Shown: piece by piece, positions 1 to 8,584 of the stretch | Layout of the letters: each line of letters starts with the position of its first letter | Numbering within the stretch: the first letter of the stretch is position 1 | Origin: an uncultured Chloroflexia bacterium | GTDB lineage: Bacteria > Chloroflexota > Limnocylindria > Limnocylindrales > CSP1-4 | Assembly: GCA_963752475.1 (NCBI GenBank) | Contig: CAVVYR010000020.1 | Span: 1 to 31,884 of the forward strand | Length of the DNA: 31,884 bases | Reading direction: 5' to 3' | Translations under genes and position numbers: made by a program | The notes under the pieces: model-generated | Told to the model about the DNA's origin: nothing | Database searches by the model: none | Seen by the model: only the letters and a program-made list of their open reading frames with translations

Positions 1-1
1 C

Positions 2-406
2 GAGGCCCACGAGTCGCCGCTGGACGAGGTCGTCGCCCGGCGCTGCCGCTTCATCATCGAGGAGAACCAGCGAGTGCTCGACCTGGCCGAGCCCTTGCGC
101 AGCGGAGACCGTGAGGCCCTCGGACGCATCTTCGACGCGTCCTGGCTCGGCGCCATCCGCCTCTTCGAGATCGGGGCGCCCTCGATGGAGGCGATGCACG
201 ACTCGATGACCGATGCTCCAGGTCTCATCGCGAGGCGCCAGGCTGGTGCGGGCTTCGGCGGCTGCCTTGTGGCCATCGTGGACCGCCTGAATTTAGAGGG
301 CTTCGCTGCACACGTGACCGACGAGTACCACGGCAACACGGGCGTCGAACCCAGCGTGTTCGGCGTGGAGGCCTCAGCGGGGGCGCATCTGCTGCAAACC
401 GAGTAG
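2..406 (+). CDS. galK: Galactokinase, C-terminal part (5' end outside window)
   Basis: Frame is open from base 2 (EAHESPLDEVVARRCRFIIEENQRV...). The RRCRFIIEENQRV segment and GAGFGGC motif are typical of the GHMP-kinase/GalK C-terminal domain. Stop TAG at 404-406. Confidence 0.85.
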   Translation, partial: EAHESPLDEVVARRCRFIIEENQRVLDLAEPLRSGDREALGRIFDASWLGAIRLFEIGAPSMEAMHDSMTDAPGLIARRQAGAGFGGCLVAIVDRLNLEGFAAHVTDEYHGNTGVEPSVFGVEASAGAHLLQTE

Positions 407-508
407 GAGACACGGTCACGGCCCGGGCACGCCGACCACGCTGCGAGCCCCACGCCCATCGACTTCGTCGCAGCGGATGTTCTGGGCGACATCACCCCGT
501 GCATCACG

Positions 509-517
509 TGCTACGTT
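509..517 (+). promoter_or_regulatory. Putative extended -10 promoter (TGc-TACGTT) for the cupin-GT2 pair
   Basis: TGCTACGTTG lies in the intergenic gap upstream of RBS AAGGAAGGA and ATG 576. The identical 10-mer occurs at 13669 upstream of the second GT-C gene. Confidence 0.5.
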
Positions 518-575
518 GGGTGGGGTCAACGCGTCTACGGCCGACCGCGACTGACCATGGACCAAGGAAGGACGC

Positions 576-1142
576 ATGACGACGGAACCGATGATGCCCG
601 CTGGGCTCCTGGACCTGACGCTCGACGCCGCCCGACGCGACAAGCAGACGGTCACACCGGAGGGTGCGAGCATCGCGCCTCTGCTGCACGGCATGTCCAT
701 CCACCGCAGCCCGACGCACACCGACGACCGGGGCACCCTGACCGAAATCCTGGACCCCCGGTGGGAATGGCACCCCGACCCCATCACGTACATCTACTAC
801 ATCACTGAGCGGCCCGGACGTGCCAAGGGCTGGGCGCTGCACAAGACGCATGAGGATCGGTACTTCATCGTCCGGGGTGAGGTCGAGTTGGTGCTCTTTG
901 ACGTGCGACCCGACTCACCCACGCTCGGCCAGATCTGTCAGCTCGCGCTCTCCGATCGTGACCACTTCATCGTCAACATCCCGACCCACGTGTGGCACGG
1001 CACCCGCAACCTCGGCCGAGAGGACGCCATCCTCATCAATCTGCCAACGAAGCCGTACGACCACACCGATCCCGACAAGTACCGCCTGCCCCTGGACACG
1101 CCCCTCATCCCCTACTCGTTCGGCGATACTCCCGGCTGGTGA
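576..1142 (+). CDS. RmlC-like cupin, dTDP-4-dehydrorhamnose 3,5-epimerase family
   Basis: Motifs DDRGTLTEI, PGRAKGWALH, LFDVRPDSPTLG, IPTHVWHG, PYDHTDPDKYRLP; RBS AAGGAAGGA upstream. Confidence 0.85.
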   Translation: MTTEPMMPAGLLDLTLDAARRDKQTVTPEGASIAPLLHGMSIHRSPTHTDDRGTLTEILDPRWEWHPDPITYIYYITERPGRAKGWALHKTHEDRYFIVRGEVELVLFDVRPDSPTLGQICQLALSDRDHFIVNIPTHVWHGTRNLGREDAILINLPTKPYDHTDPDKYRLPLDTPLIPYSFGDTPGW

Positions 1143-1178
1143 GCAGCCAGCCCAGCTCGTGAGCCGCTCGGTCTCCTG

Positions 1179-2282
1179 ATGGCTCCGCGATTCAGCGTGC
1201 TGTTGCCCACACACAACCGCTCCGATGTCGTGGGCAACGCGATTGAATCGGCCCTGGCTCAGACGGAGGCAGACTTCGAGCTGCTGGTCGCAGGGGATGG
1301 CTGTACGGATGACACGGCATCGGTGGTCAGCTCGTTCGCCGATGAGCGCATCCGCTGGTTCGACCTGCCCAAGGCTCAAGGTTTCGGCTACGCCAACCGC
1401 AACGTCGCCCTGCGCGAGGCTCGCGGTGAACTCATCGCCTACATCGCGCATGACGATCTGCTGTTGCCCGATCATCTGGAACTCATGGACCGGGCCTTCG
1501 ACCGGTCGGGCGTGGAATGGGCCTATAGTCGAGGGTTGTGGATGGACGATAAGGGCGTCGCGGTCCCCTTAGCTGTCGACCTTCGCCGGCCTGACGATCT
1601 TCGGGAGTTCATGGACATCCGTAACTCCATCACGATGACATCGGTGGTCCACCGTCGTAGCAGCCTCGACCGCTACGGTTACTGGCCCGAGGACCTACCG
1701 AAGGGCGGCGACTGGGTGCTCTGGCGACGGATGGTCGGGCCATCGGAGGGGGCCAACCTCGCCTACCTCCCGACTGTCACATGCATCCACTTCCGGGCCG
1801 ACTGGCGCGACCCGACAGACTGGGGCCCGCCACCATTGCGGGAGTGGCTGGCCGAAGCCGCGACCTCCTGGTGGCCCGAGGGCCTCCAAGTGGGGATCGG
1901 GCCTGACGCGCCACCGCAAACAGAGGTGTGGCGACGACTCGCCGCTGACCCGGTCGGGCTCAGTGGTCTGATGCGTGACGGCGTGGTCGACGTCATCGAC
2001 GGTTTTGCCCGAGGGGCGCCCGAATCGCATCGAGCAAGGGAGCAAGAAGCCAAGCGTGCGGACGCGCTGCAGGTTCGCGCAGACTCGTCGCAGGTTCGCG
2101 CAGACGGACTGGCTCGCGAGCTCGAGAGCCTGGGCCTCCAGGCGCAGCGCCTGCGCCAAGCCCTGGCATCGGTGCGCTCGACGAACAAGACGATCCTGGG
2201 TTCGAGGTCGTGGCGCGCGACAGCCCCGCTGCGCGGGCTGGGGCGCGCGATGCGGCGCGTCCTGGGGAGGAACTGGACGTGA
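1179..2282 (+). CDS. GT2 glycosyltransferase with C-terminal coiled coil and SRSWRATAPLR tail
   Basis: FSVLLPTHNR, DGCTDDT, ANRNVALREARGELIAYIAHDD (GT-A fold); heptad-rich C-terminal helix ending in a basic amphipathic tail. Confidence 0.9.
   Translation: MAPRFSVLLPTHNRSDVVGNAIESALAQTEADFELLVAGDGCTDDTASVVSSFADERIRWFDLPKAQGFGYANRNVALREARGELIAYIAHDDLLLPDHLELMDRAFDRSGVEWAYSRGLWMDDKGVAVPLAVDLRRPDDLREFMDIRNSITMTSVVHRRSSLDRYGYWPEDLPKGGDWVLWRRMVGPSEGANLAYLPTVTCIHFRADWRDPTDWGPPPLREWLAEAATSWWPEGLQVGIGPDAPPQTEVWRRLAADPVGLSGLMRDGVVDVIDGFARGAPESHRAREQEAKRADALQVRADSSQVRADGLARELESLGLQAQRLRQALASVRSTNKTILGSRSWRATAPLRGLGRAMRRVLGRNWT
2069..2105 (+). repeat. 21-bp-period tandem duplication (one heptad) inside the GT2 coiled coil
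   Basis: GCAGGTTCGCGCAGAC at 2069-2084 and 2090-2105; protein reads ADALQVR-ADSSQVR-ADGLARE. Confidence 0.85.
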
Positions 2283-2439
2283 CGTCTGAGTCGACCCGCA
2301 GCTCGCGTGTGCGGCTCGCCCCGACGTACCGGGAAGTCGACCGATCGCCCACGCAGGTCGAGGCCTCGGCGGGTGCGTGTCGGCTGGAGGTCGGCTGAGC
2401 CGAAGGAGCGCGACGCACGAGCCGTTGCCAGTCGGTCGT

Positions 2440-3350
2440 CGAGCTTCAGCGGCTCGTAGCCGTACCGGCTGCAGTCCTCGTGGTAGAGCCGGCCGATCTC
2501 GTCCCGCAGCGCCTCGTCGTAGAAGGCTTCCGTCCTCGGGATGTCGACCCCGGACGTGGCCTGGAACGGCGTGTCGCCGAAGAAGTCCTGCACGTCCGCG
2601 CGCTTGGCGTGGTGACCTGAGCGTCTGGGCAGGGAGAGCTCGGTGGCCGGCAGCCCTAGCTTCGCTTCACCTCCGGCGCCAGCCGCATACTCTCCTCGAT
2701 GGGGATGATGGTGAGGTCGTCGAGTCGACCGAAGCGCTCGCACAGGCTCACCTGCTCTCGCGAGTGTGCGTCCACCGTGGCCAGGTCGCTGGCGCTCAGG
2801 AGGCTCACGAACTCGCGCAAAGTCGACGTCCCGGTGGCGGAGGCGGCCCGCCCCAGGTACACGCCGATCATCTGCAGCGCCGGCGCCTCCCTTCCGACTT
2901 CCGGGTCGTGTTGCGCTTGCTGCCAGTAGAGCGGGTACCCGCTCACCGCACGGTGAACAGGGTTGCGCGCGAACTTGATGATCCAGGGCCCCAGCGTCGG
3001 GATGGCGTCGAGCGACTCCGTGTAGTCCGGGCGCTGGATGAAGACGCGCAGGCGGTACTCATGCACCAGGCGGAGTAGGCCATGGCCTCGTCGAGTACCC
3101 CTTCGGGGTGGAAGAGCCACTTGGACGCCATGGTTCGGCCGGCCTTCGCGCTTCAGAGGACCGGCAGGTCGAGCCGCTCCGAGTACATTGGGACCGGGGA
3201 GCGACGCGCCGCTCCAGGCATGGGTCCGGACGCTGCCGTAGCACGCTCACGCGGAGCGCCTTGTGGATGCCAGGCCCGCGGAAGGGCTCGGTCAGTCGGC
3301 TGGGTATCGCCGAATCGTGGCCCAGAACCCGCCGGGGCTGCGTCGGCCAC
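2440..3350 (-). pseudogene. Sulfotransferase-family pseudogene (one nonsense codon, two frameshifts); boundaries approximate
   Basis: Stitched frames read PMYSERLDLPVL*SAKAGRTMASKWLF...AYSAW/VHEYRL...KFARNPVHRAVSGY...DAHSREQ...LAPEV/EAKLGL...FYDEALRDEIGRLYHEDCSRYGY. In-frame TGA at 3155-3153; -1 shifts near 3065 and 2668. Contains 5'PSB-like (KAGxT) and 3'PB-like (RNP..R.VS.Y) motifs. Confidence 0.8.
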
Positions 3351-3365
3351 TCCGGGCCGCTCAGG

Positions 3366-4136
3366 TCATTCGGATGGGTGCACCTCTCGGTGCAGGTACG
3401 GTAGCCGCAGCAGGTCGAGGTAGGCGACCGCTGCCATCGACAGCCGAATCCGCGATCCCCCGACGTCGTGCCACTCGACCGGAACGACAGCGATGTCGTA
3501 GCCCAGGCGTCGTGCGAGGTAGATGGTCTCCGAGTCGAACGAGAGCCCGTTGGTCCTGAGGCGGGTGAAGATGTCCTGCGCAGCCTCTCGCTGGAAACCC
3601 TTGAACCCGCACTGGGTGTCGGGAATGTCACCGGTCACGAGCAGCCCGGCCAGACGTCGGTACGCTCCCCCGAACGCACGCCGGTAGAGCGGCTGGCTGG
3701 CGCGGAGATCCAACCCGTCGGGGTGGACCCGGCTTCCCAGGGCGACCTCGCTCAGCTGCAGCGCCTCCAACAGCAGGGGGATCTGGCTCGGAGGTGTGGC
3801 CATGTCCGCATCGGCGAAGACCACGTTCTCGCCATCCGCCGCCAGGACGCCGGCGGCGACGGTCGCGCCCTTGCCCAGATGCGGCCTCCGCATCACGCGC
3901 AGCGGCACATCCCCGGCCGTGCGCGTGCTGGCCTCCGGCCAAGCTTCGAGGATGGCTGCGGTCTCGTCGCTGGAGCCATCGTCGACGACGAGCACGTCCC
4001 AGCGTCCGCCCCGGCTCATCTCCCGTCCTGCGCCATCGAGCCACCCGTAGAGCACGCCCAGTGCCGCCTCGACGCGAGCCTGCTCGTTGTAGACAGGCAG
4101 GACCAGGGTCAGCTCAGGGCGTGGCGGGGCGGACAT
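3366..4136 (-). CDS. Polyprenyl/dolichyl-phosphate glycosyltransferase (DPM/DPG-synthase-like GT2)
   Basis: LVLPVYNE, VVDDGSSDET, HLGKGA, FADADMATP, GSR, DTQCGFKGF, FDSE motifs. ATG 4136 sits 6 nt after TACCCT. Confidence 0.92.
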   Translation of the reverse strand: MSAPPRPELTLVLPVYNEQARVEAALGVLYGWLDGAGREMSRGGRWDVLVVDDGSSDETAAILEAWPEASTRTAGDVPLRVMRRPHLGKGATVAAGVLAADGENVVFADADMATPPSQIPLLLEALQLSEVALGSRVHPDGLDLRASQPLYRRAFGGAYRRLAGLLVTGDIPDTQCGFKGFQREAAQDIFTRLRTNGLSFDSETIYLARRLGYDIAVVPVEWHDVGGSRIRLSMAAVAYLDLLRLPYLHREVHPSE

Positions 4137-4142
4137 CGGCAA

Positions 4143-4148
4143 AGGGTA
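4143..4148 (-). promoter_or_regulatory. Putative -10 box of a leaderless transcript (TACCCT-N6-ATG)
   Basis: Minus strand reads TACCCT TTGCCG ATG(4136); no SD sequence. Confidence 0.5.
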
Positions 4149-4252
4149 CCGTCATCGACAGCGGCCAAGCCGAGCCGCCCAGGGGCGCTCGCGCCAGAGT
4201 GGCCGCGAAGCGTCCCCTCGCCGCGCCTGACTGCGCCGCTCGTGACTCACGA

Positions 4253-5593
4253 CTAGGGGACAATCCCGGTGCAGCGAAGCCACTGGTCGGAGAACATCAG
4301 CGTCATGTAGCCGATGGTGAGCACGACGGTGCTGGCGAGCAGCGCCGCCAAGACATAGGCCGCGAACCTCGTAGGGGTCCACCACCGTAGTCCGGTGATC
4401 ACGGCCAGACAGAAGGCCGCGACCAGCCAACCGGTCACGTTGTAGCGGAACTCGGTCACGGTCATGATGAGCGCCGCCTGACTGGCGAGGAAGAACAGGA
4501 CGAGCGAGCCGAGGACGAGCGAGCGTGGGCGCAGGAGCGTCCGGCGCCGGCGCCACAGGATGGCCATGGCGGTGACAGCCGCGGCGAGCGCGAACCCGGA
4601 GAACGCCGTCACGACCAGCCACTTCCGGTCCGCGTACGCGTCCATGTATGTGGGTGACGGCCGTGCGTCCCAGCCGGTGATGATGTGGTTCACCGCCACG
4701 GTCAGGCGCCACTGGGCATTGTCGGGAGCGATCTCGAGAGCGTCGTCGGGTCCGACGTAGCTCTGCTCCAGGGGAGAGAAGAAGAGCGGCTCCGATCCGC
4801 AGCCCGTCACATCGGTGCCGTATCGGAAGTAGAGCTGGCCCCGGTCCTGCTGATCCCGAGCGTTCTCGAACTGGAACAGCTCACCGACTACGAGCTGTGG
4901 CAGCGCCACGAGGCCCACGGCCGCGGCGAAGACGACGGGGAACAGCAGGGCCAGACGGCGGCTTCGCCACGCCACGATGGCGCCCAGACCCAGCACCAGG
5001 AGGCCCGCCACCACGGGAATCCACGCCAGCGCTGGGCGGGCCATCCAGGCCAGGCCGCTGGCGAGACCGAGCGCCGCCACGAGGACCCACGTCACGCGGT
5101 CCGAGCTGGTGCTCGCGCGCATCGTTCGGAAGGCGACGGCCACCACGAGCGCGAGGACGACGAAGAGGACCGGCACCGCGAGGCCTTCGCTCATGGTGTA
5201 GCCGTTCCAGGCCGCCGCCGGAATCAGGGCGACCGCCGCGAGCGGGACCATCGCCACGGCCACCGAGGCATGGGTCGACCGGCTGATGGAGACGGCCGCT
5301 GCCAGGACCGAGAGGTAGAGGAGCGCCGTTTGTACCAGCGCTATCTCGAGGCGTCCTCCGAGCCCCACTATCTGGAGTAGCGCAAGGAAGGCAGCGTAGG
5401 CGTAGTTGTGGACGTAGAGGATGTCCGGATCGCCACGGACGATGCTGTCGGCTTCCAGCTGATAGGCGACGGCATCACAGCACTGGGGCGCACTCGACGT
5501 CGTGGCGGCGAGGACGAAGCCGGCGACGACGAGCACCGCCACGACGGCGCGCGCCAAGTACTCGACGCTGCGCGCCCACCGGTCACTGGACAT
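4253..5593 (-). CDS. Polytopic membrane protein, GT-C-like glycosyltransferase (paralogue 1)
   Basis: About 11 hydrophobic segments; Asp in the first external loop (PQCCDAVAY), then SE.LA.P and WM.RP motifs reminiscent of the ArnT/PMT-like GT-C fold. Colinear paralogue at 13685-15022; next to a polyprenyl-P GT2. Confidence 0.7.
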   Translation of the reverse strand: MSSDRWARSVEYLARAVVAVLVVAGFVLAATTSSAPQCCDAVAYQLEADSIVRGDPDILYVHNYAYAAFLALLQIVGLGGRLEIALVQTALLYLSVLAAAVSISRSTHASVAVAMVPLAAVALIPAAAWNGYTMSEGLAVPVLFVVLALVVAVAFRTMRASTSSDRVTWVLVAALGLASGLAWMARPALAWIPVVAGLLVLGLGAIVAWRSRRLALLFPVVFAAAVGLVALPQLVVGELFQFENARDQQDRGQLYFRYGTDVTGCGSEPLFFSPLEQSYVGPDDALEIAPDNAQWRLTVAVNHIITGWDARPSPTYMDAYADRKWLVVTAFSGFALAAAVTAMAILWRRRRTLLRPRSLVLGSLVLFFLASQAALIMTVTEFRYNVTGWLVAAFCLAVITGLRWWTPTRFAAYVLAALLASTVVLTIGYMTLMFSDQWLRCTGIVP

Positions 5594-5599
5594 CAGAGC

Positions 5600-5608
5600 A
5601 CGTTAACA
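5600..5608 (-). promoter_or_regulatory. Putative extended -10 of a leaderless transcript (TGt-TAACGT-N6-ATG)
   Basis: Minus strand reads TGT TAACGT GCTCTG ATG(5593). Confidence 0.55.
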
Positions 5609-5662
5609 GCGCGGATCGAGCCTCGCGCCGCTACTTCGCCCGCCCGCGTGACCACCGCCTAG

Positions 5663-6823
5663 CTGTAGTTCCCGGGGTTAGTGAGACATCGGGTCGCAGG
5701 GGTATCTAGCGTTGCCGGATGACACGCTCCGACCGGCACCGTCGTCCACTTCGCAACCGATACCAGGAGGGACCCGGGTTCCTCTTCCTCGCCACGAGCG
5801 GCGGACGGCCGCCGGGACCGCCGCAGCGTGAGGACCTCGAGGGCCTCCGGTTCCGCATCCGCTGCGTCCGGACCGCCCTCACCGAGGGCATCGCCGCGGC
5901 CCTCGCGCTCGGGGCCAGCCGAGCCAGCCTCCATCGCTGGCGACGACGCTACGCGGACGGTGGCATCGAGGCCCTGCGCCACGAACGGCGCGGTCCGGTC
6001 CCGGAGCGGCTCCCGGCCCCGATCGAGCGGGCGGTCATCGTGGTGCGCCTCCTGACGTACTGGAACAGCAAGCGCCTCGCCGCCGAGTTCACCCGTCGGG
6101 GCATCTACCCCTTGCGCCACCACGCGGTAGACACGCTGCTCGGCGAGTACGGTGCCGCACGGCCCGGGGTCCACCGCCCACGTGGCCCCGCGTACGAGCG
6201 CTCCCGGCCCGACGAGCTCTGGCACATCGACATCAAGGGTCCCTTCTGGCTCCGACGGTCGGAGCACGAGCGCACGAAGGTCTGGATCGTCGGGCTCGTC
6301 GACGACCACAGCCGCTACCTCATCGGCCTGCGGGTGCTGCCCCGGCCGGCCACCGAGCCCATCCTCGCCTGGTTCGACGAGTGCCTCGAGCTGGTGGGCA
6401 TCCCGCTCGAGGTCATGAGCGACAACGGCAGCCCCTTCGCGACCTGGATGCCGGGGGTATTGACGCTCTTCGGCAAGACCCTCGAGCAGCTGCGCATCCG
6501 CCACGTCCGAACGCAGGTCAACTCGCCCTGGACGAACGGCAAGATCGAGCGCTTCTGGGGCGTGCTCCAGGCGGAGTTGCTCGACCGCGAGCTGTTCCCC
6601 ACGCCCGAGGCCGCGGACGAGGGACTGATGCGCTTCGCGGTCTACTACGACTATCACCGGCTCCACGGCGAACTCGACTGGCAGACTCCCGCTGAGCGCT
6701 ACGACGGCACGCCCTTCACCGATCGTGGCTTCGAGCACGTGCCAGCGCTCGAGCACCTCCAGGACTGGCTGACCGAGTTGATGGCCGCATGACCCGATGT
6801 CTCACTAACCCCGGGAAGGACAG
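5663..6823 (+). mobile_element. IS481-family insertion sequence, 1161 bp, 33-bp terminal inverted repeats, CTAG direct repeats
   Basis: IRL 5663-5695 CTGTAGTTCCCGGGGTTAGTGAGACATCGGGTC; IRR 6791-6823 reverse complement CTGTCCTTCCCGGGGTTAGTGAGACATCGGGTC (2 mismatches). CTAG at 5659-5662 and 6824-6827. Single DDE transposase inside. Confidence 0.95.
5719..6792 (+). CDS. IS481-family DDE transposase (HTH plus integrase core)
   Basis: HTH (GASRASLHRWRRRY), YERSRPDELWHIDIKG, VDDHSRY, SDNGSPF, PWTNGKIERF, YYDYHRLH...TPAERY. Stop overlaps IRR; TAGCGT-N6-ATG upstream. Confidence 0.95.
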   Translation: MTRSDRHRRPLRNRYQEGPGFLFLATSGGRPPGPPQREDLEGLRFRIRCVRTALTEGIAAALALGASRASLHRWRRRYADGGIEALRHERRGPVPERLPAPIERAVIVVRLLTYWNSKRLAAEFTRRGIYPLRHHAVDTLLGEYGAARPGVHRPRGPAYERSRPDELWHIDIKGPFWLRRSEHERTKVWIVGLVDDHSRYLIGLRVLPRPATEPILAWFDECLELVGIPLEVMSDNGSPFATWMPGVLTLFGKTLEQLRIRHVRTQVNSPWTNGKIERFWGVLQAELLDRELFPTPEAADEGLMRFAVYYDYHRLHGELDWQTPAERYDGTPFTDRGFEHVPALEHLQDWLTELMAA

Positions 6824-7759
6824 CTAGGCGATGGTCACCGGACCCGGCGTGCCGAGACCGAGGTGCGCCAGCAACGAGCGGAGCTCGACGGGCGTGACGT
6901 CGTCGAGCGGCGGGTAGGGCCTGCGGGGGACGCCGAGGTCCATCGCGCCACGCATGGTGTAGATGAGCTTACGCAGCGGCAGGTTCAACCCCGGCTGGTT
7001 CTCGTAGCGGATGAGCGGCAAGTAGCGATAGAACGTGTCGCGCGCCTGCTCCTCGTGGCCGCCCCGGAAGTCGCGATAGACGGAGACGAGGATCTCGGGG
7101 AAGCCGAAGCCGGTCATCATGCCGACGACGCCGCGCTCCAGCTCCTCCAGCATGAAGTTGCCGCCGAGCCCACCGAAGATCGCGACGTCGGGGTTCGCTG
7201 CGAGGATGGCCGTGACCTTCTGGGCCGTGGGGTCGTCCTCCAGTTTGAGGTAGCGGCAATTGGGCAGGTCGGCGGCGAGCTGGCCGATGAATGCTGGCGT
7301 CAGGAACACACCAGAGCTCGCCGGGAAATCCTGCACCACGAGAGGCACGTCGACCGCTTCGGCGAGCGCCTCGTAGTGGTGACGCACGCCAGGCTCGCTC
7401 GAGCGGGCCGTGCGCGGAGGGGCCACGAGCAGGCCGGCGGCCCCCCGGTCGACAGCGTCACGCGCGTTGCGCAGGCACGGGTCGAGGGCCGGCGCCGTGG
7501 CGCCGACGACGACGGGTACACGCCCGTTGGTCACGTCCACAGTCACGTCGATGACTTGGGCCCGCTCCGACTCCGATAGCTTGGCAGCCTCGCCGAGAAA
7601 GCCTAGGATCGTCAGCCCATCGACGCCGGTCTCGATGATGAAGTCGATGAGCCGCCGCAGGCTCGGCTCGTCGATGGCACCCGACTCGCGGAAGGGCGTC
7701 GGAACGATGTTGTAGATGCCTTGCATGGGCTCCCCGGTCGTGCTTCTGAGCTCGTTCAC
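6824..7759 (-). CDS. Dihydrodipicolinate synthase (DapA/NanA) family aldolase/dehydratase, probably not a true DapA
   Basis: IVPTPF, GFLGEA..LS..ER, GRVPVVVG, Schiff-base Lys in YLKLED. GTG start overlaps the upstream stop (GTGA). The canonical GTTGE and YN.P are replaced by GFLGE and QDFP. Confidence 0.88.
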   Translation of the reverse strand: MNELRSTTGEPMQGIYNIVPTPFRESGAIDEPSLRRLIDFIIETGVDGLTILGFLGEAAKLSESERAQVIDVTVDVTNGRVPVVVGATAPALDPCLRNARDAVDRGAAGLLVAPPRTARSSEPGVRHHYEALAEAVDVPLVVQDFPASSGVFLTPAFIGQLAADLPNCRYLKLEDDPTAQKVTAILAANPDVAIFGGLGGNFMLEELERGVVGMMTGFGFPEILVSVYRDFRGGHEEQARDTFYRYLPLIRYENQPGLNLPLRKLIYTMRGAMDLGVPRRPYPPLDDVTPVELRSLLAHLGLGTPGPVTIA

Positions 7760-8523
7760 GGGAGCGCGCTCACCAGTCCGCCGTCCACGGGCACGATGGC
7801 GCCGGTGACATAGGACGCTGCTGGCGAGAGCAGGAACGCGGCGACGCGCCCGATCTCGGCCGGGTCGCCGTATCGACCCAGCGGGATGGTCTCTTCGGCC
7901 TGCCGCCGGACATCATCGATGGACTGGCCGGTCGCCTCGGCGCGCGTCGCGTCGAGCTGCCGGACGCGGTCGGTCGAGAACCGTCCGGCCGCGACGCCGT
8001 TGACGCGGATGGGCGCGATCTCGAAGCTGAGGTTCTTGATCAGCCCGGCCAGGCCCGGTCGCAACACGTTGCTCGTGGTCAGGCCAGGTAGCGGCTGGCG
8101 GACCGACGAGCTGAGGTTGATTACCACGGCTGGATCGGTTCCCTCGCGCAGGTGCGGCAGGGCGGAACGGATGAGTCGAAGCGTCGAGTGAAGCGTGCCG
8201 TCGATGGCCTTGGTCCATTCGGCCTCGCCAAGCGACTCGAACGTGCCGGCGGGCGGGCCACCCGAGTTGACCACGAGCAGGTCCAGTCCGCCGAGCTGGT
8301 CGATCGCCGAGGCAACGGACGTGGCCGGACCTTCAGGTGAGGCGAGATCAGCCACGACGATATCGGCGCCAAGCTCGGCGGCACGCGCGTCGAGCGTCTC
8401 GTTCGTGCGACCGACCAGCACGAGACGGGCGCCTTCGGCCGCCAGGGTTCCGGCGATCCCGGCGCCGATGCCACCGGCGCCGCCACCCACGAGCACGCGC
8501 TTGCCGTTGATGCCAAGGTCCAC
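7756..8523 (-). CDS. SDR family oxidoreductase (atypical SxxxR active-site subgroup)
   Basis: VDLGINGKRVLVGGGAGGIG, NSGGPPAG, SNVLRPGL, IPLGRYGDPAE, SYVTG...VDGG; RBS GGGAGG before GTG 8523. Confidence 0.9.
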   Translation of the reverse strand: MDLGINGKRVLVGGGAGGIGAGIAGTLAAEGARLVLVGRTNETLDARAAELGADIVVADLASPEGPATSVASAIDQLGGLDLLVVNSGGPPAGTFESLGEAEWTKAIDGTLHSTLRLIRSALPHLREGTDPAVVINLSSSVRQPLPGLTTSNVLRPGLAGLIKNLSFEIAPIRVNGVAAGRFSTDRVRQLDATRAEATGQSIDDVRRQAEETIPLGRYGDPAEIGRVAAFLLSPAASYVTGAIVPVDGGLVSALP

Positions 8524-8584
8524 GCCTTCCCTCCCAGCCAGTGCCATTACGTCGTCCCAGCCAGCATAGGCGAACGACGCGCGC

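Noticed and set aside
416-793. Minus-strand ORFs over the galK-cupin gap
   Set aside because: No motifs; they overlap the cupin gene and its promoter.
1763-2743. 326-aa minus-strand ORF
   Set aside because: Only ~2440-2668 looks coding (last segment of the pseudogene); the rest runs antisense to the GT2.
3153-3155. In-frame TGA as possible Trp or selenocysteine recoding
   Set aside because: TGA is a normal stop in many genes here, no SECIS-like hairpin is evident, and the same gene has two frameshifts.
5659-6756. 365-aa antisense ORF spanning the IS
   Set aside because: In-register antisense shadow of the high-GC3 transposase; no recognisable motifs.
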